64,000 nucleotides of DNA, from NCBI GenBank assembly GCA_965205505.1, contig CBDBHB010000009.1, positions 2,656,001-2,720,000 on the forward strand. The letters run 5' to 3'. Origin of the DNA: Acidobacteriota bacterium. GTDB lineage: Bacteria > Acidobacteriota > UBA890 > WLXD01. The notes under the pieces are model-generated. The model ran no database searches. It was not told where the DNA came from and saw nothing but the letters and a program-made list of their open reading frames with translations. The translations under genes and the position numbers were made by a program. This document shows positions 1-9,904 of the stretch, one piece after another (position 1 is the first letter of the stretch; every line of letters starts with the position of its first letter).

Positions 1-87
1 GAGACCGAGGAGGTAATCATCGAGTCGACCGAGGACGGCAGAACGCAGACCATTCCGGTGCCGATCGTGGCAGTGCAGCGTCCGTAG
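1..87 (+). CDS. 3' end of a gene running in from the window edge
   Basis: Frame 1 is open from base 1 (ETEEVIIESTEDGRTQTIPVPIVAVQRP) to TAG at 85-87, converging on the HD-GYP gene. Confidence 0.4.
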   Translation, partial: ETEEVIIESTEDGRTQTIPVPIVAVQRP

Positions 88-99
88 CCGGCCAGACTG

Positions 100-1470
100 T
101 CAGAGATAGTCGACGGGATCGATGTCTAGGAGCTCCGGATTCACGACCTCCTCGACGTCGATCTTGACTTCCGCCAGGTCGAGAGCCTCCGGCGGCTCTA
201 TCTCTTTGCCGTCGATGCCGCGGATAACCAGCACGCGCGGGTGCGCCGGATCGAGGAGGTTGGTGATGCGGGAGACTGCCATGCGACCATCGCTCAGCTT
301 CAAACAAGTGCCGGGAGGATAGTAGCCGAGCATGCGCCGGAATCCCGCAAACAAGTCGGCATCGAACTTGGTCTTGGCCTCCTTCTCCATGATCCTCATG
401 GCGACGTCGGGCGGAAGCGAGTCGCGGTACGGTCGAACCGACCGCAGCGCGTCGTACACATCGGCTAGGCACACCAGCTCGGATATCAGGTGCAGAGGCC
501 ACCGACCGAAGTCGGTGTGCCGCTCGTCGTAGGCGAGCTGGTGCTCGTAAGCAACCACGAAGGCCAGATCGTTGGCCGGCGATTCGAGCAACAGGCGCGC
601 TCCGTCGTCGCCGTGGCGCTGTATGACCTCCCATTCTGCGTCGGTTAGCTTTCCCGGCTTGTTGAGCACGTCGCTGGGCACCATCACCTTGCCGATGTCG
701 TGCAGAATGGCTGCGAGGGCGACTTGCGTAAGCGTCTCGTGCGGAAGCTCCAGCCACCGGGCTACCGTCAATGAGAGCATCGCCACGTTCAGGGAGTGCG
801 TGTACGAATAGTCGTCGTGGTTCTTGAGTGCGTACAGCAGCGAGAACGCTTGTGGCTGCGCCTGCACGACGTCGACCAAGTCACCGGCCAGCGAGCCGGC
901 CTGGGCAATCGCGTCGGCATCGATGCCGTCGCTGAGGCGGCTCTTCAGCTGGTGCATGTTCTCCAGGCTGGCCGAGTAGACTTCCCACGCTCGCGACAAC
1001 GTCGGGCCGCTCGATGCCGCCCCCCCGCGCGGGTTACCGGTCGTGCCGGTCAGCGGCGCTGCCTCGACGTGCTGAACGCCCTCCCGTGCAAGGAGAGCCT
1101 CGATGCCTCCGTCGGCCGCGGCCTGCGTGTTGAGTGCCTGCACCAGGGATGCAATCTCCCACCGGCGCACGCCGCGCGACACCGCCATGCGGCCGATGCC
1201 CTGTCGACAGAACAGCTCCGACAAACCTTCGAGCACCTCGCCGTTGATCGGCAGGAGCTCGTTGTCGAAGACGAACGTACCGTCGGCCAGCGCAAACCGC
1301 AGATCGCCTTCTTCGGTCAGCAACTCAACCGTACGAAGGTAAAGGTCGCGGAGCGCGGTGACCGCGCGCGGGTGGTCTCTTGGGTAGATGGCTTGGCAAT
1401 GCTGGGCGCACAGCAGATGTCGGCCGAGCTCTACCAGAACCTCCTTTCGGCAACTGTGCTCAGGCGGCAC
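100..1470 (-). CDS. HD-GYP-family metal-dependent phosphohydrolase with uncharacterised N-terminal domain (GYP motif degenerate)
   Basis: YSYTHSLNVA, LHDIGK, LNKPGKLT..EW..I.RH...G, ADVYDAL...RPY, and C-terminal YPPGT.L.LSDG motif. Confidence 0.85.
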   Translation of the reverse strand: MPPEHSCRKEVLVELGRHLLCAQHCQAIYPRDHPRAVTALRDLYLRTVELLTEEGDLRFALADGTFVFDNELLPINGEVLEGLSELFCRQGIGRMAVSRGVRRWEIASLVQALNTQAAADGGIEALLAREGVQHVEAAPLTGTTGNPRGGAASSGPTLSRAWEVYSASLENMHQLKSRLSDGIDADAIAQAGSLAGDLVDVVQAQPQAFSLLYALKNHDDYSYTHSLNVAMLSLTVARWLELPHETLTQVALAAILHDIGKVMVPSDVLNKPGKLTDAEWEVIQRHGDDGARLLLESPANDLAFVVAYEHQLAYDERHTDFGRWPLHLISELVCLADVYDALRSVRPYRDSLPPDVAMRIMEKEAKTKFDADLFAGFRRMLGYYPPGTCLKLSDGRMAVSRITNLLDPAHPRVLVIRGIDGKEIEPPEALDLAEVKIDVEEVVNPELLDIDPVDYL

Positions 1471-3608
1471 GGCTGGTTTCCTGCGGTTGTGGCGCTGCGG
1501 CGCTGCGCTGCTGCGCGCGTTGGTTGATGCCCTGCACCGCGCCGATAGCCGCCTGGGTCACCGCACGTCTACGCTGTCGGAACACCCAGGTCCGCCGGGT
1601 CAGCGGCACGAGGGCCGGCAGAGCCGCTTCGTCGCCGATCTGACCGAGCGCTCTGACGGCTGCGGTAATCGGCCGCGTATTCTCGCCGTTCCAGTTTGGC
1701 AACGACAAATAGCCCAGCAGGCGCTCTTGCGAGCCGCTCGCGAAGCGCTGTCGGAACGCCCGCAGCGCCGCCACGCGCACCTCGAGAGAAGTGTCCGCGA
1801 GGGCTTCAAGGAGTGCAATCTCCGATGACTCGTCGGACAGGAAGGCGAAGCCGCCGAGCGCCTCGCTTCGGACTTTGGCATCGGCGTGGGTTGCCGCAGT
1901 TTGCAGCAGCGGGGCCAGCTCCGGCCGGCGTAGCTCCGCCAGCACCCACACGAAATCCCGCACGTATGGCGTGCGGCGGTCGTCGAGCGACGCTCCAAGT
2001 TCCTCCAGTGGTAGCTGGCTGATTCCTCGTAGAATGTGTAATAGATGGTGCCGGTAGGAAGGCGATCTGGTTGTCGCAAGTGCCTCGAGCAATTCGGACA
2101 GGAGCTGCGGGCCCAGATGCTTCACAATCCTCCAGAGGGTGTGAAAGCCGTCCCCGCCGGCCTGGGCGAGGCGCCGGACGAGCAGCACTAAGAGCTCCTG
2201 CTGTTGCATGCAAAGCAGCGCTTGGTAAGCCAGCTGGCGCTCTGCGTCGGGTCGGTCCGTATCACTGGCGTGTCGCGCCAGCGTCGACAGGATCGCCTCC
2301 AGGAGCGTCAGTTCGCCCATCCAGCACGACGGTCTCGAGGGAGCTCCCGAGGGCAACCACCAGGTTCTCGTAGAAGCGCGATTCGCGATTGCTCACCAAC
2401 AACGAGTGGGCGATCCGCGCCTTTCGCACACGCAGGGAGTCGTCGTCCAGCTCGCCTAAGCGCGCCCGGACCTTGGCGCTGTTCCATGGCGGCCTGCCGA
2501 TCTCCGACTCGTCTTCCAGCGTTGCTCGATAGTCGCCGTGCAGGAAAGGACTCGGGTTCTCGCCTGTCATGACCTCGATCAGCTCGGGCCATGCCTTTGC
2601 GAGCTCGACCGGAGAGCAATCGGCCAACTGCACCGCACGGTTGGCGATCTCCGATCGCTCTGGGCGGCTGGCGACGACTCGCGACAGGAATTCGTAGAGC
2701 CGCGGCGTGGCTCGCGACCGCGAGCTCATCGCGTAGTTCACCAAACGCATCACTTGACCGCTGGAGAGTGCGCTCGCGATGCGTTCCGTGAGATCCACTG
2801 GGGCGAGCGCTTCGTCAGTCTGCACCGGCAATGGGTCGGTCAAGACGTCGATCCAGGTCTCCGGGTCGAGCTCGTCGAACAAGCTCGTGGAGGTCTCGAC
2901 CAGCGTTTCGATCAGGCTCTCGACATGAGGCGCGCGCCCGGCGATCTGCTCGACCAGCAGCGTGAAACCGTCTGTTCGGGAGTGGTGAGCCATCTCGGCC
3001 GGCTGACGCTCGGGATCCAGAGCCCACCGGAAAAAGCGCCGCATAAGCCCGGCATCTGAAGCGATGCCTGCCTAGTCGGGGCTGTCATCGGTCCCGTTGC
3101 CGAACCCGGCCAGGATCTGGCCCCAGACGTCGTTCGGATCGAAGCGCTGCGTGCCTCCCTCGACCAAGCCTTTCAGGTTCAGCGGATCCGCCTGGATCCC
3201 CGGAATCGTTCCGAGCAACAGTGCATCGCTGCCAGGCTCGAATTCCTGTTGTGCCAGGGCGCTGATCAGCGTCAAGACCGACTCGAGAGACAGACCGGGT
3301 CCCAGAGTGAGGCGCGCAACGGAACGCCGGTGAAGCTGTGCTGCGAGGCGCTCGAGAGCAGCGGATTGATCCTCCTTGGTGAGGCGGTCGACCCACGAGA
3401 GCTCTTCGGGTCGGATCTGGAGTGAGACCGGCTCGTCGCCTATCGCGGTCACCAGCGAGGCGTGAGCCACTTCGACGGCCTTTACGACCGTCGGCGCCGA
3501 TGCGGGGTACATGCGGCTTGTCTGTACGGCGGTGTCGAGGCGCCGTAGCGCTTCCGCCAGGTCTCCGTCGGGCTCAGCCGTGTCCGTTTGGATGCTGTCG
3601 GCGCACAT
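1460..3608 (-). pseudogene. Large HEAT-repeat protein, interrupted by an in-frame TAG (3072-3074) and a frameshift (~2317)
   Basis: ORFs 3072-3620 and 2262-3044 are in the same frame, separated only by one TAG. Removing one base from the run at 2316-2318 joins them to the HEAT-repeat ORF (D.KVRSEAL, D.SLEVRVAAL). ATG 3608 is preceded by GAGG. Confidence 0.7.
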
Positions 3609-3714
3609 CGTCGGCCTCAATCCTGAGAGGCGCCTAGGTTCTGCGCCGTTGGCGGCGTAGCCAGATCCATCACACTGTCACCACGGTCTGCTGGACACTA
3701 GTCTGCGACGCATG

Positions 3715-4140
3715 CTAGCGGGCTCGTGTACTTGGTTGCGATAGCTTCCCGTAGATCGCCAGACCAGATGCAGCTACGGGTAGTACGCAGAGCTGCGTTG
3801 CCGCCTCGATCTGGTCGATTACCGATTGATCCATCGGGTCCACCATGGCCAATACCAGATGCCCGCCGCTGCGCACGAGTCCGAGACAGCAATACCGTTC
3901 AGCCAGGGCACGTGGAACCGCCTGAACGACCTCTGCACTCACCTTCGCCAGCGCGGTGGCATTCACCGACGCCTGCGGCTGTGCGAGCAGAGCTTCGATG
4001 ATATTGGCGCGGGAGATTACGCCCATACGCAGCAGGATCTCGCCGACTGGGCGACCCGTAGCGCGTTGCCGTCGCAGCGCTTCACGAAGCTGATCGCGCC
4101 CGATCAGTTTGCGGAATAGAAGTATTTGTCCGAGCTTCAT
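3715..4140 (-). CDS. Stand-alone MshEN/T2SSE N-terminal domain protein (putative c-di-GMP receptor)
   Basis: Tandem motif KLGQILL..LI...QL.EAL..Q and R.VGEILL..GVI......AL..Q, followed by VP..LA.RY...L.LAMVDP.D; no ATPase domain. Confidence 0.75.
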   Translation of the reverse strand: MKLGQILLFRKLIGRDQLREALRRQRATGRPVGEILLRMGVISRANIIEALLAQPQASVNATALAKVSAEVVQAVPRALAERYCCLGLVRSGGHLVLAMVDPMDQSVIDQIEAATQLCVLPVAASGLAIYGKLSQPSTRAR

Positions 4141-4401
4141 AAGCCTGTCTGGCAAGAGTTGCTCTTGGATTTCAATGACTATGAAATCAGTAAAACACAC
4201 AAGAAATTAACCAAAATCTTAAATTCATATCAAACGATAGTGTTGGACCGCATATGTCCTTGTGGCACAATGTAAATGGCCATTCGTAGCGCCGCTGCCC
4301 GTGGTGAGGTGTCTGTTATCGACGGCTCTGACGGTCCGGTCGACGAGCGTAAGCTGACTCAACTACACAGAAAATCCACGAATCGGCGGTCTCGAGTCCC
4401 G

Positions 4402-4431
4402 TTGACCGAGTTGTCGCCACATTGGTACGAT
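4402..4431 (+). promoter_or_regulatory. Putative sigma70 promoter for lptB-rpoN operon (possibly leaderless)
   Basis: TTGACC-N18-TACGAT with TGn extension, 6 nt upstream of ATG 4438. Confidence 0.45.
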
Positions 4432-4437
4432 ATCTGC

Positions 4438-5256
4438 ATGCACGAACGAGCGAAGCTGTCGCAAGGCCCGCCCGAGGTGACGGTGGTCGGTGCAGGGTCG
4501 CTGCCCGGCGCGGAGCCGGACCTGCCGGCTCGGACTCTACGGGTTGAGGGTCTGGTCAAGGCGTACGGCGGCCGCCGGGTGGTCGACGGGATCAATTTCG
4601 GTATCTCTCAGGGTGAGGTCGTCGGCCTGCTTGGCCCCAACGGTGCCGGAAAGACGACCACGTTCTACATGGTGGTCGGGCTGGTTCGTCCCGACGCAGG
4701 GCGAATCTGCGCTGCTGATATCGAGATCACCCGCGAACCCATGTACATCCGCGCGCGTCGCCACGGGATCTCATACCTGCCGCAGGAGGCCTCCGTGTTC
4801 CGGCGCCTCACCGTAGAGGAGAACCTCATGGCGATCCTCGAGGGCCTCCGACTTACCCGCCAAGAGCGACGGCGCCGTTGCAAGGTCTTGCTGAACGATC
4901 TCGGGCTCACCCATCTCGCAGACCATCGAGCCTACACTCTTTCGGGTGGCGAGCGACGGCGGGTCGAGATCGCTCGTGCGCTGACGACCAACCCCTTCTT
5001 CCTGCTTCTCGACGAGCCGTTCACGGGCATCGATCCGATAGCCATCAGCGATATCCAGAAGCTCGTACGCGAGCTGCGGATGCGCGGCATCGGCGTGTTG
5101 GTGACCGATCACAACGTGCGCGAAACGCTGCGCATTACCGATCGCGCCTACATCCTCACGGATGGCCAGATCTTCCGCTCTGGTGCCCCTAGAGATCTGG
5201 AGCGCGATCCGCAGGTCCGCAAAATCTATCTCGGCGAGTCCTTCAGCCTCAACTGA
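4438..5256 (+). CDS. lptB: LPS export ABC transporter ATP-binding protein
   Basis: [47 protein letters not shown]; directly upstream of rpoN; start uncertain. Confidence 0.93.
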   Translation: MHERAKLSQGPPEVTVVGAGSLPGAEPDLPARTLRVEGLVKAYGGRRVVDGINFGISQGEVVGLLGPNGAGKTTTFYMVVGLVRPDAGRICAADIEITREPMYIRARRHGISYLPQEASVFRRLTVEENLMAILEGLRLTRQERRRRCKVLLNDLGLTHLADHRAYTLSGGERRRVEIARALTTNPFFLLLDEPFTGIDPIAISDIQKLVRELRMRGIGVLVTDHNVRETLRITDRAYILTDGQIFRSGAPRDLERDPQVRKIYLGESFSLN

Positions 5257-5259
5257 GCC

Positions 5260-6711
5260 ATGGCACTCGAGCTACGACTTTCAACGCGACTGCAGCAACG
5301 GCTGGTGATGACGCCCGCCTTACAGCTGGCGATCAAGCTTCTGCAGCTCAACAGGCTCGAGCTCGAGACCACGCTTCAGCAGGAGATGGTGGAGAACCCG
5401 GTCCTGGAGGAGGGCGAGGAACGCGAGGAGCCCAGCGCGACCGAGCGCGCCGAGGCCGAAGCGGCCGTCGAGACGCCGGATGAGGAAGCGGCGGGCACAG
5501 AGGACCTAGGCGACAACTTCGACGCCGACGAGTTCTTCTCCAAGATGTTCGACTATCAGCCCACCACCGCGAACATGCACGAGCAGGGCGAGGCGCCGCC
5601 GTTCGAGAACACGCTGACCGCCTTGCCCTCGTTGGTCGACCATCTGATCTGGCAACTGGAAATGACGTCGCTGGCCCCTGGCCAGATGGCAATTGGCCAG
5701 ATGGCAATTGGCCAGACGATTCTGGGCAACCTGGACGAGAGCGGCTATCTGCGCGCCAGCTGCGAGGAGATCGCCGAAATGGGGCCGTGGCCCGTTCTCG
5801 AGGTTCAGCGGGTCCTGGCTGCGGTGCAGGAGTTGGATCCACTCGGCGTGGCAGCACGTGACCTGCGCGAGTGCCTGTTCTTGCAGCTGGAGCGCCTCGG
5901 CGCCGAGCGGCAGTTGCCGGGCGTCATTGTGCGAGACCACATGGATGCGCTGGCTGCCCACCGATTCAAGGAGATCGCACGCGCCACCCACGCGCGCGCC
6001 GAAGAGATTTCCGAAGCGGTCGACATCATTCGCACGCTAAATCCCAAGCCCGGGCAGCAGTTCACGTCGGAGTCGCCGCGCTACATCGTTCCGGACGTAT
6101 ACGTCCGCAAGGACGGAGACGATTACGTCGCCACCGTAAATGACGACGGTCTCCCGAAGCTGCGCGTGTCGCGCTTGTACCGTGACATGCTTCGCTCCGA
6201 CAACGGCCTCTCCAAGCAGGCAAACGAATACTTGCAGGAGAAGATGCGTGCGGCCCTCTGGCTCATCAAGTCGTATGGCCAGCGGCATCGCACGATCGGC
6301 AAGGTCGCGACAAGCATCCTTGCGTATCAGCATGATTTCTTCGATCACGGGCTGACCGCTCTACGTCCGATGGTGTTGCGGGATGTTGCCGACGACATCG
6401 GCATGCACGAGTCGACGGTGTCGCGCGTCGTCAACGGGAAGTACATGCATACGCCACAGGGCCTGTTGGAGATGCGGTTCTTCTTTCACAGTGGCCTAGG
6501 GCACGCGAGTGGCTCAGACGTGTCGTCGGTTAGCGTCAAGGACAAAATCCGTAGGCTCATCGAGTCAGAGCAGGCGCGGAAGCCGATGTCCGACGCAGCC
6601 ATCGCCAATCGGCTCAAAGAAGGGGGTCTGGTGATCGCCCGTCGCACGGTGGCGAAGTACCGCGAGGAAATGCGCATACCTGCCTCGAGGGCCCGCCGCA
6701 CGATAGGCTAG
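5260..6711 (+). CDS. rpoN: RNA polymerase sigma-54 factor
   Basis: MTP.LQ.AIKLLQL region I, HESTVSR HTH, RpoN box ARRTVAKYRE. Confidence 0.97.
   Translation: MALELRLSTRLQQRLVMTPALQLAIKLLQLNRLELETTLQQEMVENPVLEEGEEREEPSATERAEAEAAVETPDEEAAGTEDLGDNFDADEFFSKMFDYQPTTANMHEQGEAPPFENTLTALPSLVDHLIWQLEMTSLAPGQMAIGQMAIGQTILGNLDESGYLRASCEEIAEMGPWPVLEVQRVLAAVQELDPLGVAARDLRECLFLQLERLGAERQLPGVIVRDHMDALAAHRFKEIARATHARAEEISEAVDIIRTLNPKPGQQFTSESPRYIVPDVYVRKDGDDYVATVNDDGLPKLRVSRLYRDMLRSDNGLSKQANEYLQEKMRAALWLIKSYGQRHRTIGKVATSILAYQHDFFDHGLTALRPMVLRDVADDIGMHESTVSRVVNGKYMHTPQGLLEMRFFFHSGLGHASGSDVSSVSVKDKIRRLIESEQARKPMSDAAIANRLKEGGLVIARRTVAKYREEMRIPASRARRTIG
5679..5716 (+). repeat. In-frame 15-bp tandem duplication inside rpoN
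   Basis: tggccagatggcaat x2.5 encoding GQMAIGQMAIGQ. Confidence 0.85.
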
Positions 6712-6771
6712 TAATGTGCTGAGTGGGTATCGGACTGATCGTCCTTTTTCGTCGAGGAGGAAGCCGACGCC

Positions 6772-7116
6772 ATGAAGATTGACTGGACTGCCCGTGGCAC
6801 TTCGGTGGGTAACGAGCTACGCGACAGGATCGAACAGCACTTGGGTAAGCTCGAGCGTTTCCTGCAGGGCGACCGGGGAGCGCATGTGGTCGTGACGAAG
6901 GAGGGAGACAGCCCTTCGGAACGACATACGGTGGAGATCATCGTGCACCACCGTTTCGGCACGTTCACTGCCAAGAAGGAGTCGCCTGACCCCGCCGATG
7001 CCGTGCGCGACGTACTGCGACGGCTCGATAGCCAGACGCGAAAGGCACACGACAAGCTCGTCGAGCGCCGGCGTCACGCCACCTCGGTGATCGCCGAGAC
7101 GGTCGACGCTTCTTGA
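6772..7116 (+). CDS. hpf: Ribosome hibernation promoting factor (RaiA/HPF, short form)
   Basis: HPF-like N-terminus (MKIDWTARG...LRDRIEQHLGKL) and canonical position after rpoN. Confidence 0.8.
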   Translation: MKIDWTARGTSVGNELRDRIEQHLGKLERFLQGDRGAHVVVTKEGDSPSERHTVEIIVHHRFGTFTAKKESPDPADAVRDVLRRLDSQTRKAHDKLVERRRHATSVIAETVDAS

Positions 7117-7137
7117 GGGTGATCGGGAAGTAGACGG

Positions 7138-8145
7138 GTGAGCTCAACGGCGTCGGACGCTACTGCCGGAGTACCGGTTCGCGAACTGCTCGAGGCCGGC
7201 AAGGACTACCTCGCGGTGGAGCTCATTGCCGGGGCATCGGGCGTCGAGAAGCTGATCACCCACCAACGCATTCAGAAGCCCGGCCTGGCGATGGCCGGCC
7301 ATGTGGGCTTCATCCATCCTGGGCGCGTGCAGGTATTCGGTGAATCGGAGATCACCTACTTGGTGGCTCTCGATGCCGAACGCCAGCGCTCATTGCTGGA
7401 GCCGATCACCGCCTGTCCGCTGTCGTGCGTGGCAATTACCAAGGGCTTGGGGGTGCCGCCGGTGCTCGCCGAGCTGTGCGAGGCGCACGACATTCCACTG
7501 CTGCGCAGCCCGCTGTTGTCGTCGACGTTCATCGATCGACTGAACCACTTTCTCGATGCGCACTTCGCACCGCGCACGACGGTGCACGGGGTAATGGTCG
7601 ATGTTCTCGGCGTCGGGGTGCTGGTCACCGGGCCTTCGGGGATCGGCAAGAGCGAATGCGCGCTCGACCTGGTGATGCGCGGCCATCGGCTGGTCTCGGA
7701 CGACGTCGTCGAGATCCGTTGCCGACAGGACGAAATTCTGGTGGCGCGTGGGTCTGAGCTCGTGCGCCATCACATGGAAGTGCGGGGACTCGGCATCATC
7801 AACATCGCGCACTTGTTCGGCGTCGGCGCGACCCGTCAGCGCAAACGCGTTGAGTTGGTCATCGACCTCCAGCGTGGCGATACCAACGACGATTGCGAGC
7901 GACTGGGCTTCGATGTCGAGACCACTGAGCTATTGGGCGTGGAGATTCCTCTGGTGCGGCTGCCGGTGGTGCCCGGTCGCAGTGTTTCCAACCTCGTCGA
8001 GGTTGCGGCCCGCAACCTGCTGTTGCGGCTCAAGGGGCTCAACCCGGCAGCCGACCTGGAATCGCGACTGCGCGACGCGATGGAAACGCCACACCCGCAC
8101 TTCAGGGTGGGCACCTATGGATTAGACGAGGGAGATCTGGAATGA
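7138..8145 (+). CDS. hprK: HPr(Ser) kinase/phosphorylase
   Basis: RIQKPGLA, HGVMVDV.GVGVL.TGPSGIGKSECALDL..RGHRLVSDD, MEVRGLGII. Confidence 0.96.
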   Translation: MSSTASDATAGVPVRELLEAGKDYLAVELIAGASGVEKLITHQRIQKPGLAMAGHVGFIHPGRVQVFGESEITYLVALDAERQRSLLEPITACPLSCVAITKGLGVPPVLAELCEAHDIPLLRSPLLSSTFIDRLNHFLDAHFAPRTTVHGVMVDVLGVGVLVTGPSGIGKSECALDLVMRGHRLVSDDVVEIRCRQDEILVARGSELVRHHMEVRGLGIINIAHLFGVGATRQRKRVELVIDLQRGDTNDDCERLGFDVETTELLGVEIPLVRLPVVPGRSVSNLVEVAARNLLLRLKGLNPAADLESRLRDAMETPHPHFRVGTYGLDEGDLE

Positions 8146-9026
8146 GCGGGCGCCGCATCCTGATCGTCTCGGGGATGTCAGGCGCCGGCAAGACGAGCGC
8201 GCTGCGTGCCTTCGAGGACATCGGCTACTACTGCGTCGACAATTTGCCGCCGCCGCTCATGGAAACCTGCGTCGACCTGTGCCATCGGAGCTCCCCTAGC
8301 CTGCCGCGCCTGGCGCTGGCTGTCGACGCTCGCACAGGGGAGTTTCTGGAACAGTTCGAGCCGGCCTGGGCGGCCGTGAAGAAGCGCTCGCCTCGGTCTC
8401 TGCTGCTGTTCTTCGACGCTCCCGACAACGTATTGGTGCATCGTTTCTCCGAGACTCGTAGGCCGCATCCTCTGGCCCCGACAGGATCGGTGGCGGAGGG
8501 AATTCAGCACGAGCGCCAGGTGCTGCTGCCGTTGCGTGACCTCGCCGATGCCGTGATCGATACCGGCGAGTTCAACGTTCGTTCGCTGCGCGAGTTCTTG
8601 CTCAGGCGCTTCGCCGAAGAAGAAGCTCCGTCTCTCAATGTTGTAGTCACTAGTTTTGCGTATCGCAATGGCGTGTTGCCGAACGCCGATTTGGTCTTCG
8701 ACGTACGGTTCCTGCCGAACCCGCACTACGATCCCGAGCTCAGAGCGCTTACCGGTTTGGACGATCCGGTGCGCCGGTTCGTAGAGTCGAGCTCCAGCAC
8801 GGCAGAGTTTCTCCAACATCTGGAACGGCTGTTGTCGTTTCTTCTGCCGCGGTATGGCGAGGAAGGGAAGACGTACCTCACGCTGGCATTCGGATGCACG
8901 GGCGGACGTCACCGGTCTGTAGCCATAGCCGGCTTGGTGGCCGCGCAGCTGCGCGAGCGCGGCTATCCGACTACGCTCACGCACGCTGACCTCGGCGATA
9001 TGACTGCGCGCAGGGCGGCTCGATGA
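8142..9026 (+). CDS. rapZ: RNase adapter RapZ / YvcJ P-loop NTPase
   Basis: SGMSGAGKT, CVDNLP, ETRRPHP, FDVRFLPNP, GCTGGRHRSV. Confidence 0.96.
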   Translation: MSGRRILIVSGMSGAGKTSALRAFEDIGYYCVDNLPPPLMETCVDLCHRSSPSLPRLALAVDARTGEFLEQFEPAWAAVKKRSPRSLLLFFDAPDNVLVHRFSETRRPHPLAPTGSVAEGIQHERQVLLPLRDLADAVIDTGEFNVRSLREFLLRRFAEEEAPSLNVVVTSFAYRNGVLPNADLVFDVRFLPNPHYDPELRALTGLDDPVRRFVESSSSTAEFLQHLERLLSFLLPRYGEEGKTYLTLAFGCTGGRHRSVAIAGLVAAQLRERGYPTTLTHADLGDMTARRAAR

Positions 9027-9469
9027 CCGGCGGGAGTGACGCCCCGACACCGGTTTCCGTCGGGGCCGTCGTCGTCACTCATGGGGGACTGGCAACCGAG
9101 CTCCTCAAGGCCGCCGAGCGCATCGTCGGTCCGATCGCACAAATCCGTGCGGTGTCGATCGACTGGGACGACGAGGTTGCCGACGCGCGCGACCAGATCG
9201 CACGGGCCATCGCCGAGGTGGCCGCGCCGAGCGGTGTGCTGATCTTCACCGACATGTTCGGTGGCACGCCCACCAACGTCAGCATCTCGTTCCTCGAAAC
9301 CGGGCGTGTGGAGATTCTTACCGGCGTCAACCTGCCGATGTTGGTCAAGCTGGCCAACCTGCAAGGTAGCGGTGCGTCCCTCGCGGAAATCGCCTGCCAG
9401 GTGCGTGACCGCGGTCAGAACAGCGTGTATGTGGCCAGCGAGATCCTTTCGATGCAGGAAAAGTTGTAG
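9023..9469 (+). CDS. PTS EIIA component, mannose/fructose family
   Basis: VVVTHG, TDMFGGTPTN, TGVNLPML. Confidence 0.92.
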   Translation: MTGGSDAPTPVSVGAVVVTHGGLATELLKAAERIVGPIAQIRAVSIDWDDEVADARDQIARAIAEVAAPSGVLIFTDMFGGTPTNVSISFLETGRVEILTGVNLPMLVKLANLQGSGASLAEIACQVRDRGQNSVYVASEILSMQEKL

Positions 9470-9499
9470 AACGATGGATGCAATGCGCAGCATGAGCAG

Positions 9500-9766
9500 A
9501 TGATCCAAAAAGAACTGGAGATCCTCAACAAGCTCGGCCTGCATGCTCGCGCCGCCGCCAAGTTCGTCAAGTGCGCCAGTCCCTTCGAGTGCGAGATTCA
9601 GGTCGGCAAGGACGCCATGACGGTGAACGGCAAGAGCATCATCGGTGTCCTCCTGCTGGCGGCGCCCAAGGGAAGTCGGATCCTGGTAATTGCCGACGGC
9701 CCCGATGAGCACAACGCGGTCGATGCCCTGACGGACCTGGTGAACAACCTCTTCGGCGAGGAGTAG
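9500..9766 (+). CDS. ptsH: Phosphocarrier protein HPr
   Basis: GLHARAA (His15) and NGKSIIG (Ser46). Confidence 0.95.
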   Translation: MIQKELEILNKLGLHARAAAKFVKCASPFECEIQVGKDAMTVNGKSIIGVLLLAAPKGSRILVIADGPDEHNAVDALTDLVNNLFGEE

Positions 9767-9798
9767 CGCCCGTGCGGGAGGCAAGTTGACCCTCGTGG

Positions 9799-9904
9799 CG
9801 GCCCTCCTCGGCGATGCATACGGCATCGCCGTCGTCGGGCCTCCTTGGATCCGACTCGGTCGCGCGCGCCACAATATGCGACGAAACTCTGTTACAGGAC
9901 ACTG
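9799..9904 (-). repeat. Partial copy of CTAG-bounded palindromic element (class-2 end)
   Basis: Reverse complement aligns with 16085-16190 (gtgtcctgtaacagag.ttcgt.gcatattgtggcgcgcgcgac...). Confidence 0.85.

Noticed and set aside
4149-4280. Sigma54 promoters (tggcaagagttgc, tggcacaatgt; also tggcacacttgc near 12229)
   Set aside because: GG-to-GC spacing does not fit the -24/-12 consensus TGGCAC-N5-TTGC
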